DNA from: Mytilus californianus | Taxonomy: Eukaryota | DNA: 64,000 nucleotides | Direction: 5' to 3' | Assembly: GCF_021869535.1 (NCBI RefSeq) | Contig: NW_026262712.1 | Span: 4,588,001 to 4,652,000, forward strand | Notes under the pieces: model-generated | Seen by the model: the letters and a program-made list of their open reading frames with translations, nothing else | Database searches by the model: none | What the model was told of the DNA's origin: nothing | Position numbers and translations under genes: made by a program | Part shown: positions 22,843 to 36,615 of the stretch, one piece after another | How the letters are laid out: each line of letters opens with the position of its first letter | How positions within the stretch are numbered: position 1 is the first letter of the stretch

Positions 22843-23995
22843 ACAGAATGTTTTTTTATTACACTGAATGCCGTATGATTCAAGTGTGCACTATGTTTAC
22901 TTATTAGACAGAAAATTGAAAAAGAAAATAAAGTCATAAATTAAAATAAAATGTAGTTTACAAATAACAAGAACAAAACATCAAATAGTAACAAATTTAA
23001 CAATCTTCATCCTGATGGTTTGTTGTTTTCTGGTGACGGAAATGATGTAGAAATAAGAATCAGTAAACCTTTGCCAAAGCGGGTGTTAATTGTTCCGGAT
23101 CAGCAAACTTCGGGCTCAGCGGGTGATAATTTTAGGCATTAACACCAGTTGCTAACATTATCACATGTTGCTATGGGTGGACGGGGCTTATGAAAGTTAG
23201 TAAAATTTAACAAAAGCCGCGTGCCCAATAAAATGAATGGATAATATAAAAAAATGCATAAAGTATAATTAAACATTTTACATCTAAATTTCTTTTCGAA
23301 ACATAAATACTGCAAATTCAATCATGCATCAAAATGAAGCTTATTTAGTTATCATCATTTGTTTGGCATAAAAACAAAAAAACTGCTTATAACAAGTATG
23401 AAATGAAAGATGACATATTTAAGTAAAAGGTCATTCAATAAAACAGACAACACCAGGTTGTCGGTGTTTAAATTTCGTAAATCAATTATGAATATATCCT
23501 TTTAAGGAAACCTTGGCCTAATTTGGCACTTCCTTTTGACATTTCTGGTTTTTCAGTTTCAGAGCTTTTCGATTTGTTAAATGATTTTTGTTCTTTACTT
23601 GTTTTGATTTTATCTCCACTTGAGTTTTTCGTAGATAAAATTTGCGTCTAATGTACGTTATTACAAGGGTTTGTATCTTTAATGAATTCTTATTCAAATA
23701 AAAGAAACAACAGCTGATGAACTTGCGTGAACTCCAAGTAGAACAAGAAATAATTCGTTGACAGATTAAAGCTTTCCTCCAATGCGTCTTACAGTCGTCA
23801 TCCGAATTGTATGTTTTCATCGGATTTTTTTTTATTGAAGTGTTTTATAGTAATCTTTGTCAGTCCATTTTAGTGTGTTACTTGAAAAGGGTTGTGTAAC
23901 CTCCTAAATAGTTTTTTTTCGAGAGACCACGATACAAATTTGAAATTAGGACAAAAAAGATGCAGAGTTACTGTACACTAATTTAATTTCTAGGA

Positions 23996-24262
23996 TTTGA
24001 TTTGATTTGATTTTTGGTGTTTTAACGCCACTTTTAAGCACCGCTTTTGGGCTATTTCCTGGCGGCCAGTTTTTATTGGTGGAGGAAGCCGGAGTGCCCG
24101 GAGAAAACCACCGACCTTCGATAGGAAAACTGACAATCCTAGTCAATTAAGATTAGAGTCGAGTGCACTCGCACGAGCGGGGTTCGAACTCACAACCTCA
24201 GTGTTGACTGGCTAGTGATTACAGTAGTAATTACTTAGACCACTCGGCCACCGAGGCCCCCC
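23996..24262 (-). mobile_element. Full-length tRNA-derived SINE with V-domain-like core and 13-bp target-site duplication
   Basis: 5' GGGGCCTCGGTGGCCGAGTGG (A box), GAGTTCGAACC (B box), GGTTTTCTCCGGGCACTCCGGCTTCCTCCACC core, (AAATC)n tail; TSD TTAATTTCTAGGA at 23983-23995 and 24263-24275. Confidence 0.9.
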
Positions 24263-24537
24263 TTAATTTCTAGGAAGATTGATGTTTGTTTTCAGCCCTT
24301 TCAGTCAAGTTTGCGGCAATTTATATTCGCTATTTCCTTTGTTCTTTCATATAAATATTTGCAACTATTTATATTCTTTATATTTCTACACTCCATAATG
24401 TCGCTTGCCAATAAAAGATTGGTTACAGTACTTCATTTTGTTTCATTGAAATAAACTTTTAATTATAACATGACGAATCAAAAGACGAATAAGCGCGATA
24501 CATGTATATCAATAAAAAGTGTAATGTTTTTAATTAC

Positions 24538-24935
24538 CTTTATGAAAAGTGTGTTCCATTTAAGGTGGTACCCAACACCTTGACTAATATTAATTTGGCT
24601 CGTTTAATTTTCATGAAATTTTGAAAAAATGTTTACTTTGACCCTTTGACAAAAATATAAAAATTTCAAAAAATTTGAACCAACCACTTTATCAGAAAGA
24701 TTTCATTGGTTATTTAGCAGTTTGACAAACACTAATTTTGATCATTGAGAAGCTTAATATTTCCTTAACAATACAACGTAATTAAAACGTTTAGCTGATT
24801 TTTACAGAGTTATCTCCCTGTAGTGTTAGGTACCACCTTAACAGAATATAATTCATAAGATGGTCCTGATGCATCAGAATACTCATAATCATCGTGTATG
24901 ATATGTAGAAGTTTTTCTTCTAGTGCTTGATTTAT
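24538..24935 (-). pseudogene. Gene B exon: repeat 3, large loop part 1, split by a MITE
   Basis: ttacag|INQALEEKLLHIIHDDYEYSDASGPSYELYSV[insertion]KWNTLFIK|gtaatt; removing 278 nt (element plus one TTAA) restores a 120-nt in-frame exon. Confidence 0.88.
24564..24837. mobile_element. 274-bp MITE with TTAA target duplication (Kolobok-like)
   Basis: TIR GGTGGTACC(C/T)AACAC, 15 bp with 1 mismatch; TTAA at 24560-24563 and 24838-24841. Confidence 0.88.
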
Positions 24936-26224
24936 CTGTAAAGCGGAATCAAATACTTAGTAAACAAGAACTGTAGATCAATTCGTTGTATAGCAAGAAC
25001 ACAATCAGTTGTATCAGTTTCAATTAAAAAAACAGAAAAAAGATGTGTCGTATCTGAAGGTATATCCAGAAAATCGATTTAGACGTATTCAATTTTTAAT
25101 GAGTTGTTCTCATTTTGTTGGATATTTGCAAATTACACGACAAGTAAAAAAAAAACAAAACAAATAAATGACAAAAAATATTCAATTGTCAACAAAATGT
25201 CCATCGCATATCAGGCTCTCAATCTCATCGATTCGTCATAAAATGTTACAGAGACTACATGTATGAAAGATATCCCATGTAAACTTAGATGCGACCCGTG
25301 TGAACTTATTGATCCTTTGAATAAGTGTTTTTCTCAGATATTATCAATTCTTCACTGTAATAAGATCTTTAATATTGTTTTATCAGTACAAACATTGCTT
25401 TTCTTATCAAAACATTTAGCCAAATAGTATTGCTATACAGCTATTAACATTTATTGACCTACATTCTCTTGCTACTTATGTTGTGGCATACGTTGTGTCG
25501 ATCGGAGAAGTCAAGCCTTTTTCGACTTATTTGTATAGTTAAAACTTTGTTCTTATTTTGAGCTGTTACACAAGAATAATAGTTAAGGGTAGAGTAAACT
25601 TATACGTAATTTGAATCAATGATGACAATTGATCTCATCCACATCTCCATTTTTTAATTATGCATTTTTCAGTATAATTCTTCCAGCCCGTCCTCCTCTG
25701 TTTTATAGTGCTTTAGCAATTTTTAAAATGTGTTATGTTTTGTGAATCATTGTTTTTATTTTAGTCGTTCTTCCATTTTACAATCCTACCGCATAATGTT
25801 ATTATGGTTTTAATTCATCAACATCTTCTCCTCTTTTTAAACTGGATTTTCAGTGTTAACCCATCGTCCTTATCTTGATAAGTGTAATGTAAGTAAGCTT
25901 ACCTTTTGTATTTGTAAATGTTTATACCCGCAAGAGTGCAACGGTATATTGTGTTAACCTCAATGTATGAACATTAATAAAAATGATATTGATAATGACA
26001 CTTTCTACATGATTTTTTATATTCTGCATTATCATTAAAATGATAGCAATATACCTGTTGCATGTATTGAATATATCTATTTTACAAAACATACCCTGAA
26101 TAAACGACAATCTGAGTAGAAAGAGGAGAAAGATAACAAATGGACAATAAAGTATTAAGGTACTGACATCAATGAAGTTCCATACAACGATAAATCCTAT
26201 GTCATTCAAAGAAACGTAACTCAC

Positions 26225-26299
26225 GTCAGCTGTAACATATGCCACTATGCCTAACTGGATAATGCTTGCAATGACGAGAATACACCACAAACATAAACT
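26225..26299 (-). pseudogene. Gene B exon: repeat 3, TM3
   Basis: ttatag|SLCLWCILVIASIIQLGIVAYVTAD|gtgagt; 75 nt. Confidence 0.88.
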
Positions 26300-26720
26300 C
26301 TATAACATAAATGTATAAACATTATTCATAACAGTGCAATGAAATGTTTTTTTTTGTAAGAGGAAATATAAAATATTTAATAAGTGTTCTAGTGACTTCC
26401 AAATTTCCGTGCGACACAGATGAGTTTTGATTTCTCTTAGCACTTACTTTTCATTTTTATAACATGTATCAATGTAATTAATGGATAATAAGATATGTAT
26501 GTTTTCAATCACTTTTTGTATTTGATAGCATTGTTTTTGTATTCAATGGGCGCAGTTTTTTTTATGAAATCATGAATCGAACATGATAAGGTTTGTTTAT
26601 GAAAAAATCGATACATACCTGATTAAGTTAATTCTATTTTAATTTTTTGATAAACCTTTTAATTAATGGTTGCACTCCGTCTTATTTGGTTTTCGTTTAT
26701 TTCGGCCAACGGTTTTATTC

Positions 26721-28188
26721 GGCCATGTTCACACCAAACGCTGCGTACTATAAATTTGTTTACTATTAGTTGCATGTAATGAACACTGGTTTCACATTAC
26801 ATTTTTTTCTCATCTGTACATCGTTTTTAATTACCTGTACATAGAAAATTGTTCACACCAGTAAACAACATGTACACGTAATTTACCTGTACATTACATA
26901 GAATTTGATTTTAGAAAAACTGTAAACGTTTGTATCAGTTTGGCGTAGACACATTAATTTTTTTTTATTTGTAAATTTTTTTTGGGGGGTGAGGGGGAGG
27001 GGGGGGGGTGGGGGGGGGGGGTGAAGATGAATTGTTTAAATTATTATTTTTAAGAAAAAATATATTTGTTCCAGTAGGGAAGCGAGGAAAATTGTTTTTT
27101 ATTCCTTGAAAGAAGGAGCGGGGAAGGGAGGGAGGGGATGGGGGGTTTATCAACATCGATTTTAAAAATGTTCCTGTATGATATTGAAAAAAAGATTATT
27201 TTTTTTTATCAAAGTAATAAAAAAAATGGTTTATCCCACGAAGATAAATGGTCGGTATCTTAAGTAAATTGTTCTATTGTTTTGGAAAACTTTGAGAGTT
27301 CTAAAGATGTCACTATTTACGCAGGTTAAAACTGCGTTACTATGGGAGACAAAGAATTTTGAAAACTATTGATTAATTGCTAAATGTCCAGTGGCAAATA
27401 TTTCATGCATGTTAAAGACGAGAACAAATTCACAATGAATACATTCATGTAAAAGAGGTCGTCCGAGATGAAGACCGGGGAAATTTGAACTGCCATTGGA
27501 AAATTAGTTTATATTGGATAGGGACAGAAATTTTTTGTTTTAACATCCCGCACAGCCAAACGGACGCTTAACTTTGTAAAGGGTTTTACGGCCGATCGGA
27601 AGAAGATCTTAGTGACCATAGTTCTATTCCCCACTGAGTCACACATAAGGTGATTTGGAAATGAAAAGTCTTGACTGGTACTAACTGTTAAAATAAACCT
27701 TGTCCAAGACATGATGGAAATGAATATTTTGTCCTACAAAATGCAGGACTTTGTAAGAAATAGTTGTGTAAAAAAAGTGAAAAATAATGTTCGCGCTAAA
27801 TACATACGCCGTACTATCAACTAATGTAAAAATGAATATAATATCAGCATAAAAGAACCTCCCACTGAAAATCAAATGGTCTACTAAGGCTATTATTTTT
27901 TTATTTTTTGTCATATACATAGGTAAATAACTTATTTCATAATATTATTTTAAACTTTTTAATTCAATACATTCTTAAATATTCACAATAAAATCCACAT
28001 TCTTAATATCTAGTTTTGTGAAAACTTAACCCACACTAGGCCTACATTGACTATCGACTGCATGTAGTTAAAACCTGTTTTAAACTACATGTAAACATTG
28101 ATTTTTATCAACGGGAACGTAATACAGTTTAGTTTAAGTGTAGACAGCCCTTACACCACATCGCGTTTAGCTCAATGTGAACACGGCC
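26721..28188. mobile_element. Probable PIF/Harbinger-like non-autonomous element carrying nested insertions
   Basis: Inverted ends GGCC(A/G)TGTTCACA; right flank TTA, left flank degenerate; contains a G-rich tract and a SINE tail (27375-27505). Confidence 0.45.
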
Positions 28189-28372
28189 TTAGTTGAAATG
28201 CTTTAGTTTTTTATTTATTTCGGTGTTTTCTATATTAAGAACTTTATGTTTTGGGGTTTGGCTATTGGTGAATGGAGCACGGTGACCTTTGGTTTATTTC
28301 AAATTCAAGTGGTTTCTGTTGGAAAATTGACTCATCTCCTTATTTCGTATACTAATTCATTTCAATACTTAC

Positions 28373-28612
28373 TGAAATCGTTAAAGGGTATCTCCATTTT
28401 CCACATGCCATGAATACAATAATAGAATGTATGCTGGATAATATGCTTATCGTAGAGAACGTCACAACGATAATAGAAAAATGGTCAATTGCTGATTTGA
28501 AGGAAATGTTTCCAAAATATATTTCAGAAAATAGTTTTTGTATTTCTCCATTTCCGAATACTGAATCATAGCGAATATTGATAGCAAATCCAAGCAATCC
28601 AAAATTGAATAT
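28373..28612 (-). pseudogene. Gene B exon: repeat 3, TM1-small loop-TM2
   Basis: ttacag|IFNFGLLGFAINIRYDSVFGNGEIQ...ACGKWRYPLTIS|gtaagt; 240 nt. Confidence 0.9.
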
Positions 28613-30039
28613 CTGTAAATATACATTCTTGGCATTTGTTAGCGTGAGGCAAATATTATTTTTTTGAGGCTATCTTCTAAAAAAAAATAAGAAAACTTGT
28701 TTTTCATGTTCGTTTTTGTCCTTTCCAGAACAGATTAATTTGATATTCTATTTTTCTTTTAATTGTCGGATACCTGATTTCAGGATATCCTTCCGATACA
28801 GATGTATGCTAAAATTCCCCTCCCTGTAACTATGGTAATCATTTAAGAGCAATGACTCCTATAAACAGACAACTGACAAATTCACATACTTCATAGCCAA
28901 ACTGTTTACAGGTCTTGACTTGCTGATCAATTTTGCCTTTCAAAATTTTTTTTCTATTTTTTGTTCATAGTTTTTAAGATGGTGTAAATCGTCATAATAC
29001 ACAAATGTTACAAGTACTCTTATAAAAAGTCAATTAACGATTTCCACAGTTTGACTTATTTGTAGATCTTGTCTTACTGTCCATTTTTATGTATCTATAG
29101 TCTTCCCGATAATATAGGCAAAAACTTAAAACAAATGATAAAAATTGCATTTAAGGGCAACGACTTCTGCTTACCCTTCCGGAGCACGTGAGATATCCAC
29201 CAGTTTTTTATGGGGTTCGTGTTGCTCAGTCTTTAATTTTCTATGTTGTGTTGTTATTACTATTGTTTGTCTGTTGGTCTTTTTCTTTTTTAGCCTTGGC
29301 GTTGTCAGTTTATTTTCGACTTATGTGTTCGAATGTCCCTCTGGTATCTTTCGCCTCTCTTCTACAGGACGTCGTCTCAAAGATTAATGTTAATAGACAG
29401 AAGATATATGTCATCAGTATGAACATGTTTGCCCCTTGTCATATTTTCTGTGCAGTGGTTTTCAAGGTAATAAACAAAACTTGCATTTTACTCCATTGTT
29501 CTATTTCAGCCATATCGGCCATGTTGTCGGGATATTGGACACCTTTTGGTAAAGAAGATACCCAAAATGATGATTGTTTATTAAATTTTGCCTAGTCGTG
29601 TCAGGGGAGATGATCTGTGTAAAAGATAATGAACTAGGGACGACAACGGATGGCAAGAGCTGTTATTGACTTTTTCTGCTCAGTGAGCAAACATGAGACA
29701 AAAATACCAAAAAGTAAAACAACAAAAATACCCAACTCCAAGGTAAATTCAAGGGAACATTAAAAACTCATAAGTAAAAAAAACCTGACTACGCAATGGC
29801 AAAATACGAAAAAACGAAATGAAAAACAAGCCCACCACACTTGATAGAATTAAAGACTGAGCAGCACGAACCCAACAAAAAACCAGGGTTGTTTTTGGGA
29901 ACGGTAAGAAGTTACTGCTCTAATTGTGGCTCGTGAAATCATCTATTCAATCGAAATTAAAATATATGATACTGCAGAAAGAGTTATGTCTCTTTCCTTA
30001 CATGAATAACATCGTAAATATTTAAATCGTCCTTTGTTA

Positions 30040-30640
30040 AAAATTACTCTGCTTCAAACAAAACATTCTCCGAAACTGACATTATCAAGTTGCTGAAGAT
30101 CTTGATAGACAACATATTTATTTGAGATATGGCGGACGTGTTTTTCAATTAAGAATTTGCATTCCCTCATTAACCAACTGTGCTCTTTCCTTTGGCGACT
30201 TGTCTCTTTATTGATATGAGGTTGATTTTATACAGGGGCTTCAGAAAAAAATTAAAAGAAGCTAGCATTATCTGTTAACTACACGTTCTGCTATAAAGAT
30301 GATGCTATCTCACTTAAAAAATTTGTAACAAAGTTGAACTCATCTATCCAATCAAAATTGAAATAAAGGATACAACAGCTACAATTAAGTCAGTCTCATT
30401 CTTGATTTATATTTTTAGGTCGATTGAGAACAAAATTTTACAACAAAGAGATGATTTTGATTTTTTCATTTCTATATGGCAACATTCCAGTAGCGCCTGT
30501 GTATGGAGTATATGTCTTCCAATTAATACGATATACCAGGGCTTCCATTTTCTATCAGTCCATATCATGATGTTTTTTGAAAGAGATTTACTGCTTATAA
30601 GGAAAATTTAAACAAAGAGTTCCAAGTGGTGAACTGTTGT
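30040..30640 (+). mobile_element. Decayed Penelope-like RT fragment
   Basis: FSETDIIKLL..LIDNIF, IYPIKIEIKDTT, LQQRDDFDF, NIPVAPVYGVYVFQLIRYTRA across frameshifts. Confidence 0.75.
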
Positions 30641-31201
30641 TGTTGATGTTTTGTAGTCTTTTTTTTTGGCAATGGCAGTTTGTTTTCGACTTATGAATTT
30701 AAATATCATTTTGGTATCTTTCGAATTTAAGCCTTCCATTTATGCACTCTCCATTTATGTGAAGTTCAAATTGTCGTCGTTACAATCCCGTGTCTTTATT
30801 CGACAATTGTATCATTGATTTCTCACTTGTTATGAACAAAAAGGTGTGTGCAGAATGTTTAGCAAAATACGGTTACCATCCAAACGAACATAAATTCTCC
30901 CCGGTGTTTGGTTGCTTGTCTGCTCAGTCTTTAATCATCTATGCAGTGTTTTTGAAGACTGCAGTTTTTGTCTTTTCGTGCAAGAGAGACAGGTGAAATG
31001 ATACAAGATGCTTATAACCGAAAAAGAAAATGCAAAATGCAAAACCAGAAAATTACGAGTGAAATTATTCTTCCTCTCTGATTCGTTTTGAATGCTTTAT
31101 CCAAAGTGCCAAAGTTGTCATGGAAAGCATGTTCATTTAAGAATGTTGAGTTGTATTTGGACATAGATAAACTCACCATAGTTACAATGATTAAAATTTT
31201 C

Positions 31202-31240
31202 TACGACAGACGCGCGTTTGGTCTCCAAAAGACTCATCAA
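31202..31240 (-). ncRNA. Decayed hammerhead motif family 1
   Basis: Reverse complement TTGATGA gtct tttgg agac CAAA cgcgc GTC tgtcgt; two core substitutions. Confidence 0.6.
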
Positions 31241-31588
31241 ACAAAGGATGTAATCTACGTGGTAGTTGTTTTGTTGTCAAAATGACAGATTTTATTGTTT
31301 TTTTTTGTTTTTTTTTTACTTTAAAATATCTAATTGTGTTGTATATGTGATTTTCAAATTTGTATATTTCCTTTCAATAAAAAGATTTGAAACTGTTTTA
31401 ATGTAAACATTATATGCAATAATCGAAATGCAATAACTAGACCAGAAGGCTAGAAGATAATAGCATTTATTGATTGATTGTTGTTTGCTTAACGTCCAGT
31501 TGCAAATATTGCATGCATTTTCAGGACGAAAGATAATTGCAATATAAAATCTTATCATAGTCTTTGCCATATTACAAACTTATCTTAC

Positions 31589-31625
31589 CAGTATACCTGC
31601 GATAGATGTAAAGGTGACTTTTGAT
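31589..31625 (-). pseudogene. Gene B exon: repeat 3, start of TM1
   Basis: ttttag|(R)SKVTFTSIAGIL|gtaaga; 37 nt, 3 aa shorter than the gene A exon. Confidence 0.78.
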
Positions 31626-31849
31626 CTAAAAAAAAAAAAAAAAAGATAACATGGACAAAAATATATAAAAAAAATAAATTTTATAGAAATGTGGAGATTT
31701 ACATTATACGAATTGTCTAATATATGAAGGCATTGCTCAGTTTATTTCATTAATTATGATACAAAACCGACACAAGTAATTGTTTCCCCTGCTATGGATT
31801 CATTAGCCATGCCGCCATTACACAGTCAAATCCAAAAGTGAACTATAGT

Positions 31850-32300
31850 TCAGTGTATGTTTACTTGTTACTGTTGATATGTCTTTTGATTGAGTTAAGC
31901 CATTTCAAATGATATTTTATAGTGTGTCTTTCTATATTGTGATGTTACACTATTGTTTTATGTTAGGATGAAGGTTGGCGCCTGTTAAAACGTTTTGACC
32001 CGCTGCATTTGTTTGCCACTGTCCTAAGTCAGGAACCTGTTGTTCAGTAGTTGTTGTCTGTTGATGTGGTTCATAAATGTTCCTCGTTTCTCGTTTTTTA
32101 TATAGATTAGACCGTTGGTTTTCCTGTTTGAATGGTTTTACACTAGTCATTTTTGGGGCCCTTTATAGCTTGCTAATCGTTGTGAGCCAAGGCTCCGTGT
32201 TGAAGGCCGGTCTTTGATCTATAAAGGTTTACTTTTACTAATCGAGACTTGGATGGAGAGTTGTCTCATTGGCACTCATACCACATCTTCTTACATCTAT
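31850..32300 (+). repeat. Interspersed repeat; fragments in opposite orientation at 2585-2880 and 15860-15945; further related copies at 35240-35570 and 62060-62140
   Basis: Ends in ggagagttgtctcattggcactcataccacatcttctt; matching reverse-complement motifs elsewhere. Confidence 0.7.
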
Positions 32301-33918
32301 ATAGGAATGTAAATTGTCTGAGATTAAAAAAAAAAGTATCAACTATATAATCTTAGCGTATACTAATTTATCAACTGAGTTCACCAGATTCTATTCAAAA
32401 TTTGATCAATAAACGTGTTTTCTTCGTATCAACATTTATTCCAGATGATATACTTTAAAGGTTGTGACCAATGCATACTACATTGATAATTTAAAGTGAT
32501 ACTTGTTTACCGATGTTCAAATTTCGTATATCGATTTGGAGAGACAAATCCAGGAAAAAGTAAAATAACAAAAAAAAAAAAAAACGATCTCCAATGAAAA
32601 TTTAAAACAGAAAGTTCCTTCTCAAACGGCAAAACTAAAAACTCAAACAAACCGAACGAATGAAAAACATCTGTCATATTAATGACTTGGTACAGGCATT
32701 TCCTTATGTAGAAAATGGTGGATTAAACCTGGTTTAAAAGCTAGCTAAACTTCTAACTTGTATGAAAGTCGCATATAATTCCACTATATTGACAACAATG
32801 TTTGAACAAAACAAACAAACATAATAGGTAAACATGTCAAAAATAGGGGTACAACAGTTAACATTGTGTAATAATCTTGATCACTTCAAAAACAAACAAA
32901 TATGTCAACAAAGAAACATAAACAAATCAAGGAAACACACACACAAAAAAAGGGGGGGAGGGGGCGGGTGGGTGCCCAAGAACCGAGACCGGGCACATCG
33001 GGGTATTCGTCTCTGCTACTAGTATTAATGCACTACCCGCCATGCGAATCTACACTCATTAAAAAATCCACAGTCGTAAAAATGATGCAATCGGTACAAT
33101 TAAAATCTAAGACCACGTTAACACGTTGCAGATTAGTTGCGACACTGCCACATCGTATCGGTCGGAAACAAAATAATGACCGTTATATCCTATGTAAAGT
33201 GTCAGTTCTGGATGTTATTCCTCATAATTCTTGCTGAGTAATATTTGCGTAAGGAGCACATTCCTGTAAACTCAGTCTGTATGAACATGCACGCGCGAAA
33301 CGAATTAACCAAGATATATAAACGCCAAACGAAGAAGCACAGAATGAGTTACTACTGAGAAATGGGAAGTAAATATTGTCTTTTCTGTAATAGATTCTAG
33401 TCTGAAGTCGTTCATTTGTGTTAATATCGAGGAAAAGATTTAATTATGAAGCAGATCTCCTACTTGTTGTAGCATTCTCAGTACCAAAATCAGCGGGAAA
33501 TAGTTACTTTGAGCATTCATCGAAATGTGGGTTATTGAGTTACATAGCATAATCAATATATCTGAAATGAAAAATAAAAAAAAAAAAAAAAAAAAAAAAA
33601 ACGCAATATGCCTTTGTTGTCTATGTGAAGGTTCTGTACAAATTCGTCTTCATTAGTACATAACAGTTAGCAAGTAGTTATGCCTAAAAAGTACCCATTG
33701 GAATACCAAATGTCTGCTAAAATAACAATTAACCAAACTCAACAGTGCCGCTGTGGATAAAAGTCTGGCATTTTGATGACATTATCTTTGTAGTATTTGT
33801 TGTTGGAGTATGGTTCTTCACAAAGTAAGATTTGTCATGACCAAAATAATCAAAGAATTTGTAGCTACGTTTCCCGTTTTTGTAAAAAAGTAAAAAACAT
33901 CAATCTGTAATGTTTTAC

Positions 33919-34046
33919 CTTCTCCAGGCAGTGATAAAAAATGACTTAAGGACGTTTACTATTTTCCTGAAAAGAATCGTCTTTTTTGATTTCTCGATCG
34001 ATAAAAGGACAGAATATTCTTGATTTGCCAGTACAACTGATCCAGC
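33919..34046 (-). pseudogene. Gene B exon: linker between repeats 2 and 3
   Basis: ttttag|AGSVVLANQEYSVLLSIEKSKKTILFRKIVNVLKSFFITAWR(R)|gtaaaa; phase 0 to 2. Confidence 0.9.
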
Positions 34047-34915
34047 CTAAAATAAGATAATATTACTACTTAAGATAACACCATTAATAATGATGCTAAT
34101 AATAATACTAAATACTCAAAAAGGAATCAATATATATCGTAATTGTTACTAAATGCTAACACTTTTATTTGGATTTATAACGAGAAAAAGTGATTTTGAA
34201 TTAAAAAAATAGATTTCAAACCAGTTTTTCTGCAAATCTATTATGGCTAGGAAATCTTCGTCAAAAAGTTTTTATTTGATTCATAAATTCATAAAAAACA
34301 AGTTGATGCTGAATTAAAGCGCCTGGTAGTCTAGAGATATTTGTTTACTCGGTTATAATGACAACATATTATTTTGTTTTGTCGGTCTAGTACTACTGCT
34401 CAAAATTACTTAAACATTGTACAAGGTTTTATCATTCTGCCCAGTTTATAACTTTGCAAACTGCAGTTATCGGTATCAGTATCAGTTCGCTTTGAGCCTG
34501 TTCCATTCATTCATCCAAATTCGTGTTGACAGTAAAAAAATACCATAGTTTTACCAAATGTCAATATGTTGATAACAAATAACGTTGTCTATAGTAAGCT
34601 TTGATTTATTTTTAATTCTTTTGGGTTATCTATCATATGGTTCCCAAATTGCAACTTGTTATAAATGTAGCTTCTGTTTCACATAGTTTATTATTTAATA
34701 ATCTAATTTATGTATATTCGTGTCTACAATCGAATATTAAAGGTAGAGCTTAACTTAAACACAATATTTAACACTTAAATATTTTTTTGTGGTTTTGTCG
34801 GGTAGGATATATTTGAAATGGTTATGTAAAATGACAAAGCGGATAACGACCTTATAGTCTATGCATATTATGTTTTATGAATAACAATAAGTAGTCATTT
34901 CAGATTAGAAAATAC

Positions 34916-34999
34916 CTCAATACATATTTGTAGCAACAACATTGTCAGGAACCAACCTATAAACATCCTAGTTTTAAATAAGATCGATTCGCTGCAGGT
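34916..34999 (-). pseudogene. Gene B exon: repeat 2, TM4
   Basis: tttcag|TCSESILFKTRMFIGWFLTMLLLQICIE|gtattt; 20/28 identical to the gene A counterpart. Confidence 0.9.
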
Positions 35000-36615
35000 C
35001 TGAAAAAAGATATTATGCAGTAAATTATTACCATATAAACGACTTTATCAGTAAATACAATAATGCAGAAAAAGGTACACTGAATATCAAATGCTTGTTG
35101 TAATAATGATACAGATTCAACCGGTTTTGAGACAACAGCTGAAACCATGATTGTTTTTAATTCATAGCTTATTTTTTTTTCATTTGGCTTTTCTTCTTAT
35201 AGTTTAAATAATAACTCCTTGTGGATGAACAATTTATCTATTAGTTAAATTTGGCTTTGAACTGGCTTTCAGTAACTTGTCTTTTTGCTATTTATTTGTG
35301 CTTCGTACCAATCGGATGAGTCAAGTCCCTACAACTGATTTGTAGTTTTCTTAGTGTTTGCTGTTTCATCTATGTCCCAAGTTAGGGACTTTCATAAATG
35401 AGGCCATTGGTGTTCTCGTTTGTATCGTTTTATATTTGCCATGTATGACCTTTATAGCTTACTAAACTGTATGAGATTTGATTGTTGTAGAATTGGTTAC
35501 CTTTATTTGCTTACATTTGGTCTGTGATTGAAAGCTGTTTCACTGGCAATCATATCACATTTTCTTATTCTTTCATTAAACAGAATAACCGAGGTGGCAT
35601 TAATCTACGTGCTAAGGGGATTTGAAACGATAGTATCGTAATGATTTCAATGAATGTAAACGCAAATTTCACAAAAAGTATGAACTCAATTCTTTCTGAA
35701 TGTTGTCTGATTCATTGACAGATATGAGCTTAATTGTCAAAAAGAAATGCAGCTTTGTATTTTGTTTACATATTTCAAGGAAAAGGGTAGTACATTTAGG
35801 TCGTTACCTAAGACTTGTGAGTAAATGCTATCAACCTGACATCAATCGATATGTATGTCACGTGTCAAAGTCGTGTATTTTTCTAAAAAAAAAAGTGTAA
35901 AAGATACCAGGGACATTCAAACTTAAAAGACGAAAACGAACAGAAAACATAATGGCAAAAAAACAAAAACTGACCAAATTACAAACAACAGTATACAAAA
36001 CAGAAGATAGAAAACTAATGATCGAGCAACATGAACATGATAAATCCCACCAAAAACCCATGGTGCTCTCAGCTGTTCCGGAAGGGTAGACAGATCCTGC
36101 TACACATGCAACATCTGAGTTATAACAAATAACATTTTTTTTAGAACGATCTCCACAAAAAACCTAAGTGTTACAGAACGATCAGCATTGATGTTTCCTT
36201 AGTGATAACAGTCGTATTCAAGCTTAATACTTTAAATGAATATATACGGGTGAAAAGATTTCCTTGAACAATATGGTGACATTGAAATATATATGTGTAA
36301 CTACGCTTCTGTGTATTTATCAAATGAAATAATCAATTTCCATACATTGCAACACTTCATAATAGGTTTTTAAAGCACATTTCTGAGAAATCATAGTATA
36401 AGATAATTGATTCACAAATATTATACAAGAATACATGGGTCTATAAATGATTCAGAAAGTCTTAGTTTGAAATGTCAGATTTCAGTAAAATGCGTCGAAA
36501 GCAGAAAAAAACCAATATTGTTAACTTTAATGATTATGTTCCAATATAAAAAAACCGTAAGCATGTTTGAAAATAATCATCAGAGTAGACAAATAAATCT
36601 CAAAAAAATACTTGC

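Noticed and set aside
23000-23830. GC-richer, coding-looking stretches (HPDGLLFSGDG.., ELFLVLLGVHASSS..)
   Set aside because: They have stops in every candidate frame and no recognisable family or consistent splice sites.
24170-24262. tRNA gene
   Set aside because: The A and B boxes belong to a SINE head followed by a core, a tail and a TSD; no cloverleaf could be supported.
25922-26290. 122-aa hydrophobic ORF as an independent membrane protein
   Set aside because: Only its first part is the 75-nt TM3 exon (donor gtgagt at 26224); the rest is T-rich intron.
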